A DNA stretch of 64,000 bases from Thermoplasmata archaeon. GTDB taxonomy: Archaea; Thermoplasmatota; Thermoplasmata; Thermoplasmatales; Thermoplasmataceae. The stretch lies in NCBI GenBank assembly GCA_021817455.1, contig JAKAUW010000082.1, positions 42,904 to 106,903 of the forward strand, read 5' to 3'. A program made the translations under genes and the position numbers. Shown piece after piece: positions 35,285 to 45,095 of this stretch (position 1 is the stretch's first letter; each line of letters opens with the position of its first letter). The notes below the pieces were generated by a model, which worked only from the letters and a program-made list of their open reading frames with translations, did not search any database and was not told the origin of the DNA.

Positions 35285-36343
35285 ATGGAATTTGAAAAGT
35301 TCAGAACCATGCAATTCCCCAGGGATGTATATGTGGGGCACGGGGTTCTGCCAAATATCATTCCCGTTGTGGGAAGATACATGCGCACAGGTTCCATAAT
35401 TATTGTCACAGGAAATATCACTTATGGCCTCGCAGGAAAGGAAGTCGAGTCCATACTCCTTGAAGCCGGTTATGATGTCCATGTTATAAGGACAGATCGG
35501 GCAAACACAGAGAATCTGGAAAAGATAGAATCTCTGGCCAAGGAACTCAATGCAGGCATAATTATCGGTGCCGGCGGTGGCACAAAGATAGATCTTGCCA
35601 AGAAAACCGCATATGATTTTAACGTTCCATTTGTAAGTGTACCAACAACTCCAAGCCATGACGGGATTGCATCCCCCAGGGCATCCATAAGAAGAACAGG
35701 CTCAACCCTCTCGCAGGAAGCCTCAATGCCAATTGCCATAATTGCGGACACTGCAATTCTTTCAAGGGCTCCATTCAAGTACCTGAAAGCAGGCGCAGCA
35801 GACGTGATTTCAAACCTCACAGCTCTTCTCGACTGGAAACTGTCCAGCCGCCTTCAGGGCGAGGAATACAGTTCCAGTGCTGCAGCAATATCCGAATATG
35901 CTGCCAAGGAACTTCTCGAGAAGAGTCACATGGTCCTTCAGGGAGTCGAGGAATCAGTATGGTTAGTAACCAAGCAGATTCTTGCCTCCGGGACAGCTAT
36001 GGCAATAGCAGGGTCATCCAGGCCAGCAAGCGGCAGTGAGCATCTCATTGCACACGCGCTTGAGAGCATCAACCCTGGCGAGTCCATTCATGGGGAGCAG
36101 TGTGCTATGGGTTCAGTGGTCTCAATGTTCCTCCACGGAGGAGACTGGCAGATGCTCGCCTCAGCATACAGCAGGATGGGTCTCTCGATCAAGGCAAAGG
36201 ACTACAAGATACCTGATTCAGTAATGATCAAGGCTCTGTCCTCAGCCCACACCATTAGGCCGGAGAGGTACACTATACTTGGGGAAAAGGATATCAGTTT
36301 AAATGCCTCAGAAAAAGCCCTCGAAATCACAGGAATCATCTAA
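35285..36343 (+). CDS. egsA: glycerol-1-phosphate dehydrogenase [NAD(P)+]
   Basis: 352-aa ORF with GAGGGTKIDLAK, PTTPSHDGIAS, GSEHLIAHALE and HGEQCAMG blocks of the archaeal lipid-backbone enzyme. Confidence 0.85.
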   Translation: MEFEKFRTMQFPRDVYVGHGVLPNIIPVVGRYMRTGSIIIVTGNITYGLAGKEVESILLEAGYDVHVIRTDRANTENLEKIESLAKELNAGIIIGAGGGTKIDLAKKTAYDFNVPFVSVPTTPSHDGIASPRASIRRTGSTLSQEASMPIAIIADTAILSRAPFKYLKAGAADVISNLTALLDWKLSSRLQGEEYSSSAAAISEYAAKELLEKSHMVLQGVEESVWLVTKQILASGTAMAIAGSSRPASGSEHLIAHALESINPGESIHGEQCAMGSVVSMFLHGGDWQMLASAYSRMGLSIKAKDYKIPDSVMIKALSSAHTIRPERYTILGEKDISLNASEKALEITGII

Positions 36344-36794
36344 TGGTGCCCGCACCACGGCCAAGATATCGCTTATAGGCGTTGATCTTGCAAAAGAAGG
36401 CCTTGAGTTTACCTTCGTTGGCCCTCTTGTCGGCTGTGCGGAATGCAGGATAAAGAACGTTTGTTTTAACCTTGATCCCGGCAGGACTTACAGAGTGCGC
36501 AAGGTAAGGGAAAAGGAGAACCCATGTTTTGTATTCAACAAGGACAGGGTCTCAACCGTTGAAGTTGAGGAAATCCCGGAAATCATGCACATGCAGTATG
36601 GGAAGAAGCTGCAGGAAGGATCATCAGTCACATTCAAGTCAATGGAATGCGACCACTATACCTGCCCCAACATTGAGAAATGCAATCTTGTCCACATTAG
36701 GGAGGGAATAAGGGGTGTTATCAACAAAGTCGAGGATAAGCTTGACTGCCCCAAGGGGTATGACATGAGAAAAGTCTCAGTCAGCCTCCAGTAA
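36303..36794 (+). CDS. UPF0179 family protein (Cys-rich)
   Basis: Family core ISLIGVDLAKEGLEFTFVG..CAECRIKNVC..YRVRKV. The only canonical start is the ATG at 36303. It overlaps egsA by 41 nt and adds about 20 residues before the conserved core. Confidence 0.7.
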   Translation: MPQKKPSKSQESSNGARTTAKISLIGVDLAKEGLEFTFVGPLVGCAECRIKNVCFNLDPGRTYRVRKVREKENPCFVFNKDRVSTVEVEEIPEIMHMQYGKKLQEGSSVTFKSMECDHYTCPNIEKCNLVHIREGIRGVINKVEDKLDCPKGYDMRKVSVSLQ

Positions 36795-36799
36795 ACAAT

Positions 36800-38179
36800 T
36801 TACTTCTTTACAAACCTGTGCCTTTCCAGGAAGATTTCTACCTTGTTGTCCTTTGATCTTCTTATCTCAAGGGGCATCTTCTCATTATCCATGTAGATGA
36901 AGGCCTCGTCACCGTCCATGAGGACGGGCACGGAAAAATTATATTCATCGCTTCTCAGTTCAAGGATCAGATTTCCCGTGGAACCTTCCTTTATGACCAG
37001 GAAACTGAAATCCCTGTAGTCACCATACATGCCAATGAGATCTTCCTTCAGGCTGTCGTGCTTTACGAACGGGAGATCTTCCGGGCCCGAACCTTCAATG
37101 AACAATGACAGCGCATAGAATCCTATCTTCGAGTTGGGAGCTTCTGAAACATTTGCGCCTATTGAAACCGCCACCCCGTAATCCTCAAGGAATCCAACGA
37201 AACCTGAGGATGCGCCAACCGCCCCTGAATGCTGCACCATCTTATGTCCCAGGAAATCATCCTGGATGCTCCAGCCGTATCCATAATGGGATTTTCCATA
37301 CGGTCCGCTTTCTGCAACAGTGAATCTTGGTTTGATGGACTCCTTCAGTACGTCTCCATCAAAGAGGCCATTGTTTCCGCCAGTCCAGAGTGAAACATAT
37401 CTTGACAGCTCTTCAGAGGAGGTTATAAGCCCTCCCGGTGCAAGCACCGTTGCATGATCGGATATCCCTGCAGGTATCAGTTCTCCGTCTTTCCTGATGT
37501 AAGGAGTTGCATGGTCGCTGTCCTTGAAAGCCTCGATACCACTGAATGTGCTCCTTTTCATGTCGAGCGGTTTGAGGAGAATTTCCCTGACACACTGCGC
37601 ATATGGTTTACCGGTTACACTTTCAATTGCCCTTCCCAGAAGGGTATATCCCTCATTCCAGTACATGAACTTCTTCCCGGGAGGGCTGTGCCTCTCTGAT
37701 GCCGCACCATTCAGGAAATCCATGAAATCATTCATGGTTTCTAGAGGAATGTTTGTTGTATCTCTCCCAAGATCACGGAAAAGCACAATCTCAGCTGCAT
37801 TGACTGAGGCAATTCCGCTGGAATGGTACATAAGATGTGACAATGTGGTTTTGTGAGCGTACTCATCAACTTTGTAGTCATCCAGATAATCGGTGATGGG
37901 CGATGAGGTCTTTAGAAGTCCCTGTTTCTCCAGCGAAAGGATGCACATTGAGGTTACAGACTTGGTGACCGAGCCCACGCCATATAGCGTATCCTTGGTT
38001 GCCTGCTTGCCACTTTCCAGATCTCTCCTTCCATATCCCCTGGAAAAGATGGATTTTCCATGATGTGTTATTGTGAGAGAAAGGGCAGGAACTCCTCCTT
38101 TCTGCATTGTCCTGGAAACGTACTGGTTAAGCTTGAGGATCTTATCCTGGGAAAGTTCGATGGAAGAAGACTTTGACAT
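36800..38179 (-). CDS. serine hydrolase (class C beta-lactamase / D-aminopeptidase-like family)
   Basis: 459-aa ORF with the SxxK nucleophile motif GSVTKSVT, a downstream YHSSG block and a C-terminal lipocalin-like extension. Confidence 0.8.
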   Translation of the reverse strand: MSKSSSIELSQDKILKLNQYVSRTMQKGGVPALSLTITHHGKSIFSRGYGRRDLESGKQATKDTLYGVGSVTKSVTSMCILSLEKQGLLKTSSPITDYLDDYKVDEYAHKTTLSHLMYHSSGIASVNAAEIVLFRDLGRDTTNIPLETMNDFMDFLNGAASERHSPPGKKFMYWNEGYTLLGRAIESVTGKPYAQCVREILLKPLDMKRSTFSGIEAFKDSDHATPYIRKDGELIPAGISDHATVLAPGGLITSSEELSRYVSLWTGGNNGLFDGDVLKESIKPRFTVAESGPYGKSHYGYGWSIQDDFLGHKMVQHSGAVGASSGFVGFLEDYGVAVSIGANVSEAPNSKIGFYALSLFIEGSGPEDLPFVKHDSLKEDLIGMYGDYRDFSFLVIKEGSTGNLILELRSDEYNFSVPVLMDGDEAFIYMDNEKMPLEIRRSKDNKVEIFLERHRFVKK

Positions 38180-38234
38180 TTTATTTCAGTTTAAGTATTG
38201 CTTTTCTGTTATTACAATCTTTTTCTTCTCAATA

Positions 38235-38750
38235 TTAGGAATTTGAAGAAGGTGCATAAGCACCCCCTGTCCTAATGAACAGAGCCAGTTCTTCAGGGTC
38301 TTGAAACTTGAGTGATATGGAAGTCTTCCACCAAGTCCAGGATACTTCCCCCACGGGTATGCCATTGCTGACCAGTACTGCATGGAGGTCAGAAATATTT
38401 GCAGTCCCATCAGGGAGGACACCGATTCTGGACTTGCTTAAGTCAAAGTATGTGAAATGCCTTCCATGGGACTGCCTGATACCGAACACTGCGTTGGATA
38501 ATTCAAGTTGTCCTTCAGTATAACTCCTCTTCCCAAAATGCAAGGGATGAATAAAGCAGAGGGAGAACAGCGCCACAAATACCACAGCCAAGAGTGCCAG
38601 CGATTCCACCAAGAGGAGAGAATGGCTTCTGAATATGATGTAAATTGGCAGCAAAGGAACTAGAATTATTGCGGGTGCGAGAATATACCACAATAGTGGA
38701 AGATTTATTCTCCACTGCACTTCCAGCACCTTGTTTCCTTGAGGTCCCAT
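38235..38750 (-). CDS. membrane protein (2 TM + soluble C-terminal domain, possibly bacterial-PH-like)
   Basis: 171-aa ORF with two N-terminal helices followed by a roughly 90-aa soluble domain. No confident family. Confidence 0.4.
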   Translation of the reverse strand: MGPQGNKVLEVQWRINLPLLWYILAPAIILVPLLPIYIIFRSHSLLLVESLALLAVVFVALFSLCFIHPLHFGKRSYTEGQLELSNAVFGIRQSHGRHFTYFDLSKSRIGVLPDGTANISDLHAVLVSNGIPVGEVSWTWWKTSISLKFQDPEELALFIRTGGAYAPSSNS

Positions 38751-38942
38751 CTTCTTGCTGACAATATTCAGGTACGCAGGATATTTAAAGCTTGACTGTT
38801 GTCACCGGTTTAATTACCCGCGAAGATGATAAAAGGCCACAGGTAATGCAATTCCGAATTTCAAGGGAAGTCAATAAAATATTTAGTCCCTGATTTTTCA
38901 TCGGTCTTGTGCACCTTTAAAATATTGCCATGATATGGTCAA

Positions 38943-40133
38943 ATGCTGATGTCAACGGTCAAAATAGGGCTTATAGGCAAACCCAATGTGGGTAAATCCA
39001 CACTTTTTTCTGCTTTGACTAAGGCTCCTGTAGACATTGCCAACTACCCATTCACCACACTGAAACCAAATGTAGGCATTGGCTGGCTAACAGCTAAGTG
39101 CCCTGAAAGTGAGATCGATACTAAATGCACTCCAAGGGAGGGAAGCTGTGCCAATGGCATCCGCTACATACCGGTTGAAATCATAGATGTCCCCGGCCTG
39201 ATTCCAGGTGCCAGTGAGGGGAAGGGCATGGGGAATGAGTTTCTAGACAATATCAGGGATTCCGAAGCCATTATCCATGTCTTTGATGCATCCGGAAGAA
39301 CCGCACCCGACGGGACCCCGCTGCAGGAAGCCAGGGATCCAGTTGAGGATATTGTCGCCATCGAGAATGAAATGATAGCATGGATGGCAGACCGCATCTA
39401 CAGGGACTGGGACAAATTCGCTAGAAAAGCTGATGCATCCAGCGATAGAGTGGAGCGGATCCTGGAGACAAAAACTGGAACATTCGGGGTAAGGGAAAAG
39501 CAGATTTCCCTCATTCTTACCAAGGATGCATTTCCAGCCAAACTTTCTCACTGGGAGAGTTCACATGCAACCACTTTTGCATCCCTCGTTTTCAGGCACG
39601 TAAAGCCTATCATCAGGGTAGCAAACAAGTGCGATGCTGCTCCTCCAGAGTACATCGAAAAGATCCGGAAATTTGACGGGAGCATATACTTTATTTCCGG
39701 TGAATACGAACTCATCCTGGAAAAAGCAATGGGTGCCGGCCTGATTAGCACCCTTGGAAATGACTTCAAAGTTTCAGAAAAGGCTAATCAGGCACAGAGG
39801 AATGCACTTGAAAAGATACGCTCTTTCCTTTCAAGCCCATTCTTAACCAGGATGGACCAGATACTTTCCCATATTGTCAGGGATGTCCTTCGGTACGTCG
39901 TTGCATATCCGGTTGCAGATGAGAGTACCTGGGGCGACAAGAAGGGAAACATCCTTCCGGATGCATTCCTGATGCCATACGGCACAACTGCTCTCGAAAT
40001 GGCATTCAGGGTGCATTCTGACATAGGAGAGGGTTTCATAAAAGCCATCGATTGCAGGACAAAGAGGGCAATTGGTAAGGATCATGTCATAGAGGATTCA
40101 GAAGTAATCCGGATCGTGTCCAAGGCCAAATAA
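38943..40133 (+). CDS. Obg/YchF-family GTPase with C-terminal TGS-like domain
   Basis: 396-aa ORF with G1 GLIGKPNVGKST, G3 DVPGLIPGASEGKG and G4 NKCD. The C-terminus IGKDHVIEDSEVIRI is TGS-like. Confidence 0.8.
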   Translation: MLMSTVKIGLIGKPNVGKSTLFSALTKAPVDIANYPFTTLKPNVGIGWLTAKCPESEIDTKCTPREGSCANGIRYIPVEIIDVPGLIPGASEGKGMGNEFLDNIRDSEAIIHVFDASGRTAPDGTPLQEARDPVEDIVAIENEMIAWMADRIYRDWDKFARKADASSDRVERILETKTGTFGVREKQISLILTKDAFPAKLSHWESSHATTFASLVFRHVKPIIRVANKCDAAPPEYIEKIRKFDGSIYFISGEYELILEKAMGAGLISTLGNDFKVSEKANQAQRNALEKIRSFLSSPFLTRMDQILSHIVRDVLRYVVAYPVADESTWGDKKGNILPDAFLMPYGTTALEMAFRVHSDIGEGFIKAIDCRTKRAIGKDHVIEDSEVIRIVSKAK

Positions 40134-40191
40134 GTCCATTCAGGAAGCATCACCCAGCAAACTATTTATTTTTTAACCCGCTGTAATCTTA

Positions 40192-40698
40192 ATGCCTTAT
40201 AGTCCGCTCTGGAATGCGGGAAAGAAAGGATCGTTTCTGTCAATGGCAGTAGCACTGGTGTTGACTGCAGTTGGCGCATACCTTACCTACGCCTCCATCG
40301 GAATATTTGCTTATAATGCATCTGGGGGCACAATAAGGTCATCAGCAAAATCGGTACAGGGCACACTGATTCTGATCATAGGAGTGGGCCTGTTCATATT
40401 TACATTATTTGACTATTTGGTGAAATACAACATTGCCGGCATTAAGAAATCAATTCTAGGTGGCCTTATTATCTCTGCCATCTCGCTTCCTTTCCTGGTC
40501 TACTATAACTTCTACGTCAGCGAAAGTACACTCATTGCTGGCAGGATATACACAGTATACCCCTATGGACTCCAGCCAGCAATCCCTTTCATGCTTGGCC
40601 TGTTTTTCTCCTTCATTACATGGCTTCTTTACGTTGGGAAAATGCACGGGAATATCAAGATAAAGATTCTATGCATCAGAATCAGGAAAGAAAAATGA
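40192..40698 (+). CDS. 4-TM membrane protein, unknown function
   Basis: 168-aa ORF with four hydrophobic helices and a basic C-terminal tail. Confidence 0.4.
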   Translation: MPYSPLWNAGKKGSFLSMAVALVLTAVGAYLTYASIGIFAYNASGGTIRSSAKSVQGTLILIIGVGLFIFTLFDYLVKYNIAGIKKSILGGLIISAISLPFLVYYNFYVSESTLIAGRIYTVYPYGLQPAIPFMLGLFFSFITWLLYVGKMHGNIKIKILCIRIRKEK

Positions 40699-40873
40699 GC
40701 CCGCGCCGGGTGGTTCACAAATTCCAGGCATGGGAAATGGCGAACCCGGAAATTATTCAAATGCGTCTCATATATGGAAAATTATTGGAGATCAAGGCAA
40801 TCAAAGGCGTTAAATATCGTTTAGCATATCCCATGGCTGCTCAATTAAATTCAAGTAAATCATAGGTGGTATA

Positions 40874-41302
40874 TTGGCGAACGGTATTAACGCTGGAAAC
40901 AAGCTGAAATCAACAAGAAAAAAATTCAGATGGTCTGACTCCAAATACAAGAAGAGAGTCCTTAACCTCAAGAAGAAGAGCGATCCTCTGGAGGGTGCAC
41001 CATCTGCCAAGGGAATAGTTATCGAAAAGATTGGCATTGAGGCAAAACAGCCTAACTCAGCCATAAGAAAGTGTGTCAAGCTCCAGTTGATCAAGAATGG
41101 CAGGCAGATTACTGCATTCGCACCAGGCGACGGAGCCATCAACTATATAGATGAGCACGACGAGGTCACAGTGGAAGGCATAAGGGGAAGGCAGGGAAGA
41201 AGCAAGGGAGATATCCCCGGAGTGAGGTTCAAGGTTTCAAAGGTCAATGGAATCTCACTGCTTGAGCTTGTCAAGGGAAGAAAGGAGAAGACGGTGAGAT
41301 AA
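40874..41302 (+). CDS. rps12: 30S ribosomal protein uS12
   Basis: 142-aa ORF from a TTG start preceded by a GGTGG Shine-Dalgarno-like element. Conserved [16 protein letters not shown] and PGVRFKV blocks. Confidence 0.9.
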   Translation: MANGINAGNKLKSTRKKFRWSDSKYKKRVLNLKKKSDPLEGAPSAKGIVIEKIGIEAKQPNSAIRKCVKLQLIKNGRQITAFAPGDGAINYIDEHDEVTVEGIRGRQGRSKGDIPGVRFKVSKVNGISLLELVKGRKEKTVR

Positions 41303-41868
41303 TGCCGGAACTAAAATTACTAGGAGAATTTCCAATAAACGATGTCCAGGTCCATGACGCGGGCCTTTCCAACTATATCAACCTCACAGCCAACGTGAAC
41401 CTCCACAGCGGTGGAAGGTACTCCAGCTATTCTGCCGGGAAGAGGAACGTGAACACCGTTGAGAGGCTTCTCAACAAGCTCATGAGGTCAGAGAAGTGGA
41501 CAGGCAAGAAATACAGCGCTTACAGAGTGCTTAAGGAAGCTTTCGACCTGGTTGCAGAGAAGACAAAGCAGAATCCGGTCCAGATTCTTGTCAATGCAAT
41601 TGAGAATGCAGCCCCGAGAGAAGAAGTCACAAGGCTGAGGTACGGCGGAATTGCAGTGCCGAAGGCAGTGGATGTTTCACCTTCAAGAAGGGTGGACGAA
41701 GCTCTCAGAAACATAGCCCTGGGTGCCACAAACGCTTCATTCAAGAGCAAGAAGCCAATTGCAAACTGCCTCGCAGATGAACTTATGAATGCGGGAAGAA
41801 ATGATGCATCATCTTTCGCAGTGAGCAAGAAAGAAGAGATTGAAAGAATAGCAGCTTCAGCAAGGTAA
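41302..41868 (+). CDS. rps7: 30S ribosomal protein uS7
   Basis: 188-aa ORF with 1-nt stop/start overlap with uS12 (TAATG). Archaeal uS7 blocks [27 protein letters not shown] and [10 protein letters not shown]. Confidence 0.9.
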   Translation: MPELKLLGEFPINDVQVHDAGLSNYINLTANVNLHSGGRYSSYSAGKRNVNTVERLLNKLMRSEKWTGKKYSAYRVLKEAFDLVAEKTKQNPVQILVNAIENAAPREEVTRLRYGGIAVPKAVDVSPSRRVDEALRNIALGATNASFKSKKPIANCLADELMNAGRNDASSFAVSKKEEIERIAASAR

Positions 41869-41896
41869 AGCCTTTATTTGGTTTTATTAAACCACA

Positions 41897-41903
41897 TTTT
41901 TTT
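41897..41903 (+). terminator. oligo-T tract after uS7
   Basis: A T7 run lies 29 nt after the uS7 stop, and no co-oriented gene follows. Confidence 0.3.
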
Positions 41904-42133
41904 ATTATCCCCTGCAGTCCTTACGCTTTCAACAGAATTGCTATCTGGTCTTATTTTTGAATGCATGCCAGAGAATACCGGCAGGATGCCAGAAAGAACA
42001 GCCGCCCTGAGCTTTGTAGCCAAATGCAGCAGGAATAGCGTCCAAACGGTGGAATCCTGTAGTTTATGGTCAGGTCGGCCAAACCCAAAATAATGTGAAA
42101 GGAGTGATGTTCAGGAATTGGCTTTTTTGTTTC

Positions 42134-42619
42134 TCAAAAGAACTGCAGCAAAGTGGCCAGAGCCACAATTACTATCAGTAGTGCAAGGGAGAGGAATGAG
42201 AAAAGATGTGTCACCCTTCTGATTTTCCTCATCTCTTCAAGCTTGCCTTCCCTCGCAAGCTTCGTGATCTTCTTTCCATGATACAGGTTGTTTGTGTAAA
42301 TGATCAGAATATCCACTCCGACAACTATGATCTTTGCAAGGAGCAATTTCCCCCCGGTTGTGTCAAACAGTGCAGAAAAGCTGCCAAGGTACCAGGTGGC
42401 ATTGTAGATCCCTGTTACAATGAGAATTCCCAGGGATATATGGGTGAAGAGTGCAAAACGCTTTGCGATCCTTCCAACAATCCTCGTCCTCTCCTTCTCG
42501 TCATCTGTGATCTCATATGAGGCAGGCCAGACCACGAGCCAGATGAAGAACGACCCGCCTATGAACAGTATAGCGAAGAATATGTGGACTGCAAGGATGA
42601 TTGCGTCAAGAAGGATCAT
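42134..42619 (-). CDS. 4-TM membrane protein (CopD-like)
   Basis: 161-aa ORF. The helix pattern and N-terminus AILFIGGSFFIWLVVWP resemble CopD-domain proteins. Weak call. Confidence 0.4.
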   Translation of the reverse strand: MILLDAIILAVHIFFAILFIGGSFFIWLVVWPASYEITDDEKERTRIVGRIAKRFALFTHISLGILIVTGIYNATWYLGSFSALFDTTGGKLLLAKIIVVGVDILIIYTNNLYHGKKITKLAREGKLEEMRKIRRVTHLFSFLSLALLIVIVALATLLQFF

Positions 42620-42741
42620 CTATGGAGCATCATCCCAAATGATTAATTTGTTTGCGGCTCAAGCACAACGAAAGTGGAAGAGATCAATTTCATGTTGTGC
42701 ATAATGGTTTTAACTCTGCAATATTTAGTCAATGGATCAAA

Positions 42742-43659
42742 ATGTCAGTTGTGATAATCGAGGACCCGCCGAAGGATATGAGGCCTGAAGGCGCTATCCG
42801 GGCAGATGTCGCATGGAAACTGTTCCTTCCTGATTTCATGGGAGATATACCGGCACTTGGAAAGGGAAGGATCGAACCCATAAGGCACTGGCTATGGGGG
42901 GAACTCTCAAGGAAACAGGGTTTTATGAGGGGGGAGGAAGTTCCACCAGCTTATTTGCTGGCACCGCCGCTTACACCTGAAGGAAGAGAGTTTCTCATAA
43001 GGACATGTTCCCTCTGGACAAACAAAGTTCATCTCATACAGGCAATGGGAAAGAATGTTGACCTCGAAGTAAGAGGTGAAAATTTCTGGACGCCACCAGT
43101 GGTAAATGTGAACGCGACTCCACGCGCACACAGTGCCCTGTCAAAACTCACAAATGAGGACGAGGATGGCCTGGATACGCAATTCTCGCCTATACTGGGT
43201 GCCGGAAAATCCTATGTCAGGGCATACACAATCCAGCAGCATGGGACTTATTCAAGGTTCCACAGCCACTCTGCCAGGGAGGAACTATACCTCGTGCTCA
43301 AAGGCAAGGGTACCATTCGCATCGGTGAGCACAGAGTCTCAATAAATGAAGGAGACCTCATTGCCAAACCGACAGGGCCGGACATATCCACACAGTTCCT
43401 TGCAGACAGGGGTGAAACCATGAGAATACTGGACATCGAGATATGGCCGGAGGATGAGAGGATATCCAAGGATGCAGTCCTTTACCCTGATCACGAGGAA
43501 CTCGATCTCTTCGGGCAGGGCTGGTATTTCACTGTCCCCTCAGTAACTATATCAGACGCTCTGGACGCAATGACCCATTACGATACAGGATACAGGCGGA
43601 AAGCTGATGGAGGCTGGGAACCAAAAGACATCCCGGGCCAGAAAAAAAGAGAAAAGTGA
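42742..43659 (+). CDS. cupin-domain protein
   Basis: Start taken at the ATG at 42742 (MSVVIIEDPP). The cupin motif region is HSHSAREELYLVLKGKGTIRIGEHRVSINEGDLI. Confidence 0.55.
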   Translation: MSVVIIEDPPKDMRPEGAIRADVAWKLFLPDFMGDIPALGKGRIEPIRHWLWGELSRKQGFMRGEEVPPAYLLAPPLTPEGREFLIRTCSLWTNKVHLIQAMGKNVDLEVRGENFWTPPVVNVNATPRAHSALSKLTNEDEDGLDTQFSPILGAGKSYVRAYTIQQHGTYSRFHSHSAREELYLVLKGKGTIRIGEHRVSINEGDLIAKPTGPDISTQFLADRGETMRILDIEIWPEDERISKDAVLYPDHEELDLFGQGWYFTVPSVTISDALDAMTHYDTGYRRKADGGWEPKDIPGQKKREK

Positions 43660-43663
43660 GGAA

Positions 43664-44218
43664 CTAAAACTCCAGTTCCTCAGATTTCAATACCCTGGCA
43701 AATTCCCCGTTGATGGAAGCAAGGTTCACATCGTGAACAACCTGTGCCGGTATTTTTTCCCCATTCATTCCCGTAGCCTCATGGGCTGCGCAGGCATCCT
43801 CTATGACGAATGACTCAAAGCCGAGGTTTCCAGACATTCTTGCAGTGGTGCTGACACAGTGGTCAGTAACAAGGCCCATGTAATAGACGGGTGGATTGCC
43901 CATTTTCCTGAGCACCTTTTCGAGGTCTGTTCCTATGAATGCACTGTTTACATGCTTTGTAATGATCATCTCTCCTTCCAGGGGTTTCACTTCATCCCTG
44001 AACTGGAAGGTCTCCTTGCCGCTGTGGAGCAATGAATTGGGATTCTTGGAGTCATGTCTCACGTGTATCACTGTGAGGCCATGTTTCCTGAATTCACCAA
44101 GTACCTTTTCCATCATCTTTTCAGCATCGGGGTTGTTCCTTACCCCCCATCTTGGATCTGAAAACCCCTTCTGCACATCTATTATAACCAGGACTGAACC
44201 CGGTGCGACCTTCCCCAT
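43664..44218 (-). CDS. isochorismatase-family cysteine hydrolase (nicotinamidase-like)
   Basis: Start taken at the ATG at 44218 (MGKVAPGSVLVIIDVQKGF). Catalytic Cys block MGLVTDHCVSTT. Confidence 0.75.
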   Translation of the reverse strand: MGKVAPGSVLVIIDVQKGFSDPRWGVRNNPDAEKMMEKVLGEFRKHGLTVIHVRHDSKNPNSLLHSGKETFQFRDEVKPLEGEMIITKHVNSAFIGTDLEKVLRKMGNPPVYYMGLVTDHCVSTTARMSGNLGFESFVIEDACAAHEATGMNGEKIPAQVVHDVNLASINGEFARVLKSEELEF

Positions 44219-44408
44219 CAACCAAAGATGGAATTCTCGATTAAAGAGATTGCTAATCCCAAAAAGCCTGGCTTTATACCGCAGGTGAGAAAGGTTGCGA
44301 TATAGGGAATTAAGCATCCACCAGCGACTTCCGGCAGAATCACATGAGGTCAGTGTGTTTGCCCGAAATCTCCTCATGCGTCCTCGCTGGCTTCAGAAGG
44401 GGCATGAT

Positions 44409-45029
44409 CTAGGCCCCTCTGAGATGCTCATCACAGGTTGATCTTCCAGTCCCAAGGTTATGCGCAACATCACCAGCATTTACTTTTCTCGGGGTTGAGA
44501 AGTAACCCAGATCATAAGCCTTCTCAATGGATTTTCTCTGCATTCCTGTCATGCTTGATATAAAGTTCGTCATTCATCCACTTGGGGGAACAGTATCCCC
44601 GTATGGAGTGCACTTTCTGGTGAGTTCATCGGTTCCCAGCGCATTGACGGATTCAATAAACCTGCGTATGCTATCTTCGCCTGTGCTAACCATCCTGTAA
44701 TAGCTCCAGCCGTCAATGAAATAAGCAGGGTGCACGGGGAAGCCGTCATGCTGGTGCATTACATCCCACACATTGGTAAAAGTGCTGCATGAGCATCTCA
44801 GCTGCAGCACAAAAATGCCGTTACCACAGTGGTGTACCTGGCTGGTCAGATCATGTCCTTTCACCAGCTTCTCCATTTCTGATATCAAGTCTTCCTGGCT
44901 GTCCGGCACTTCTATTATTTCAGCATTCCAGATATACCACATGGAAATTCTGCTACCCGCGTAGTTCTCTGAAATTTTTGCAAATGGGTTTTCATATTTG
45001 ATCCTGAAGCTTACCTCCCAGAACACCAT
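44409..45029 (-). pseudogene. split Bat-like HTH_10 regulator: N-terminal domain ORF, in-frame TGA, then 54-aa HTH ORF
   Basis: The N-domain ORF (start MVFWEVSF at 45029) ends at the TGA at 44574-44576. An ATG at 44573 follows directly and opens MTNFISSMTGMQRKSIEKAYDLGYFSTPRKVNAGDVAHNLGTGRSTCDEHLRGA*. That is an HTH_10 domain in the same frame, truncated at its C-terminal end. Confidence 0.55.
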
Positions 45030-45095
45030 GTTATGCTTAAAGGGCACCCGTATTAAATTTTGGACAAATTTCCGACATATGTCGGCACTATACTT

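Noticed and set aside
41878-42093. The 71-aa ORF and the ATGCCAGA direct repeats (41965-41972 and 41986-41993, period 21) in the 265-bp gap after uS7. I also looked for C/D-box sRNA features there.
   Set aside because: The ORF translation is low-complexity with no start context. No proper C (RUGAUGA) / D (CUGA) box pairs lie at sRNA spacing, and the 8-mer repeat alone is weak.
44574-44576. In-frame TGA in the Bat-like regulator as a selenocysteine or programmed recoding site.
   Set aside because: The TGA falls in a non-conserved linker, not at a catalytic Cys position. I saw no SECIS-like hairpin in the 3' region, and a second premature stop truncates the HTH. A split gene or pseudogene is the more economical explanation.
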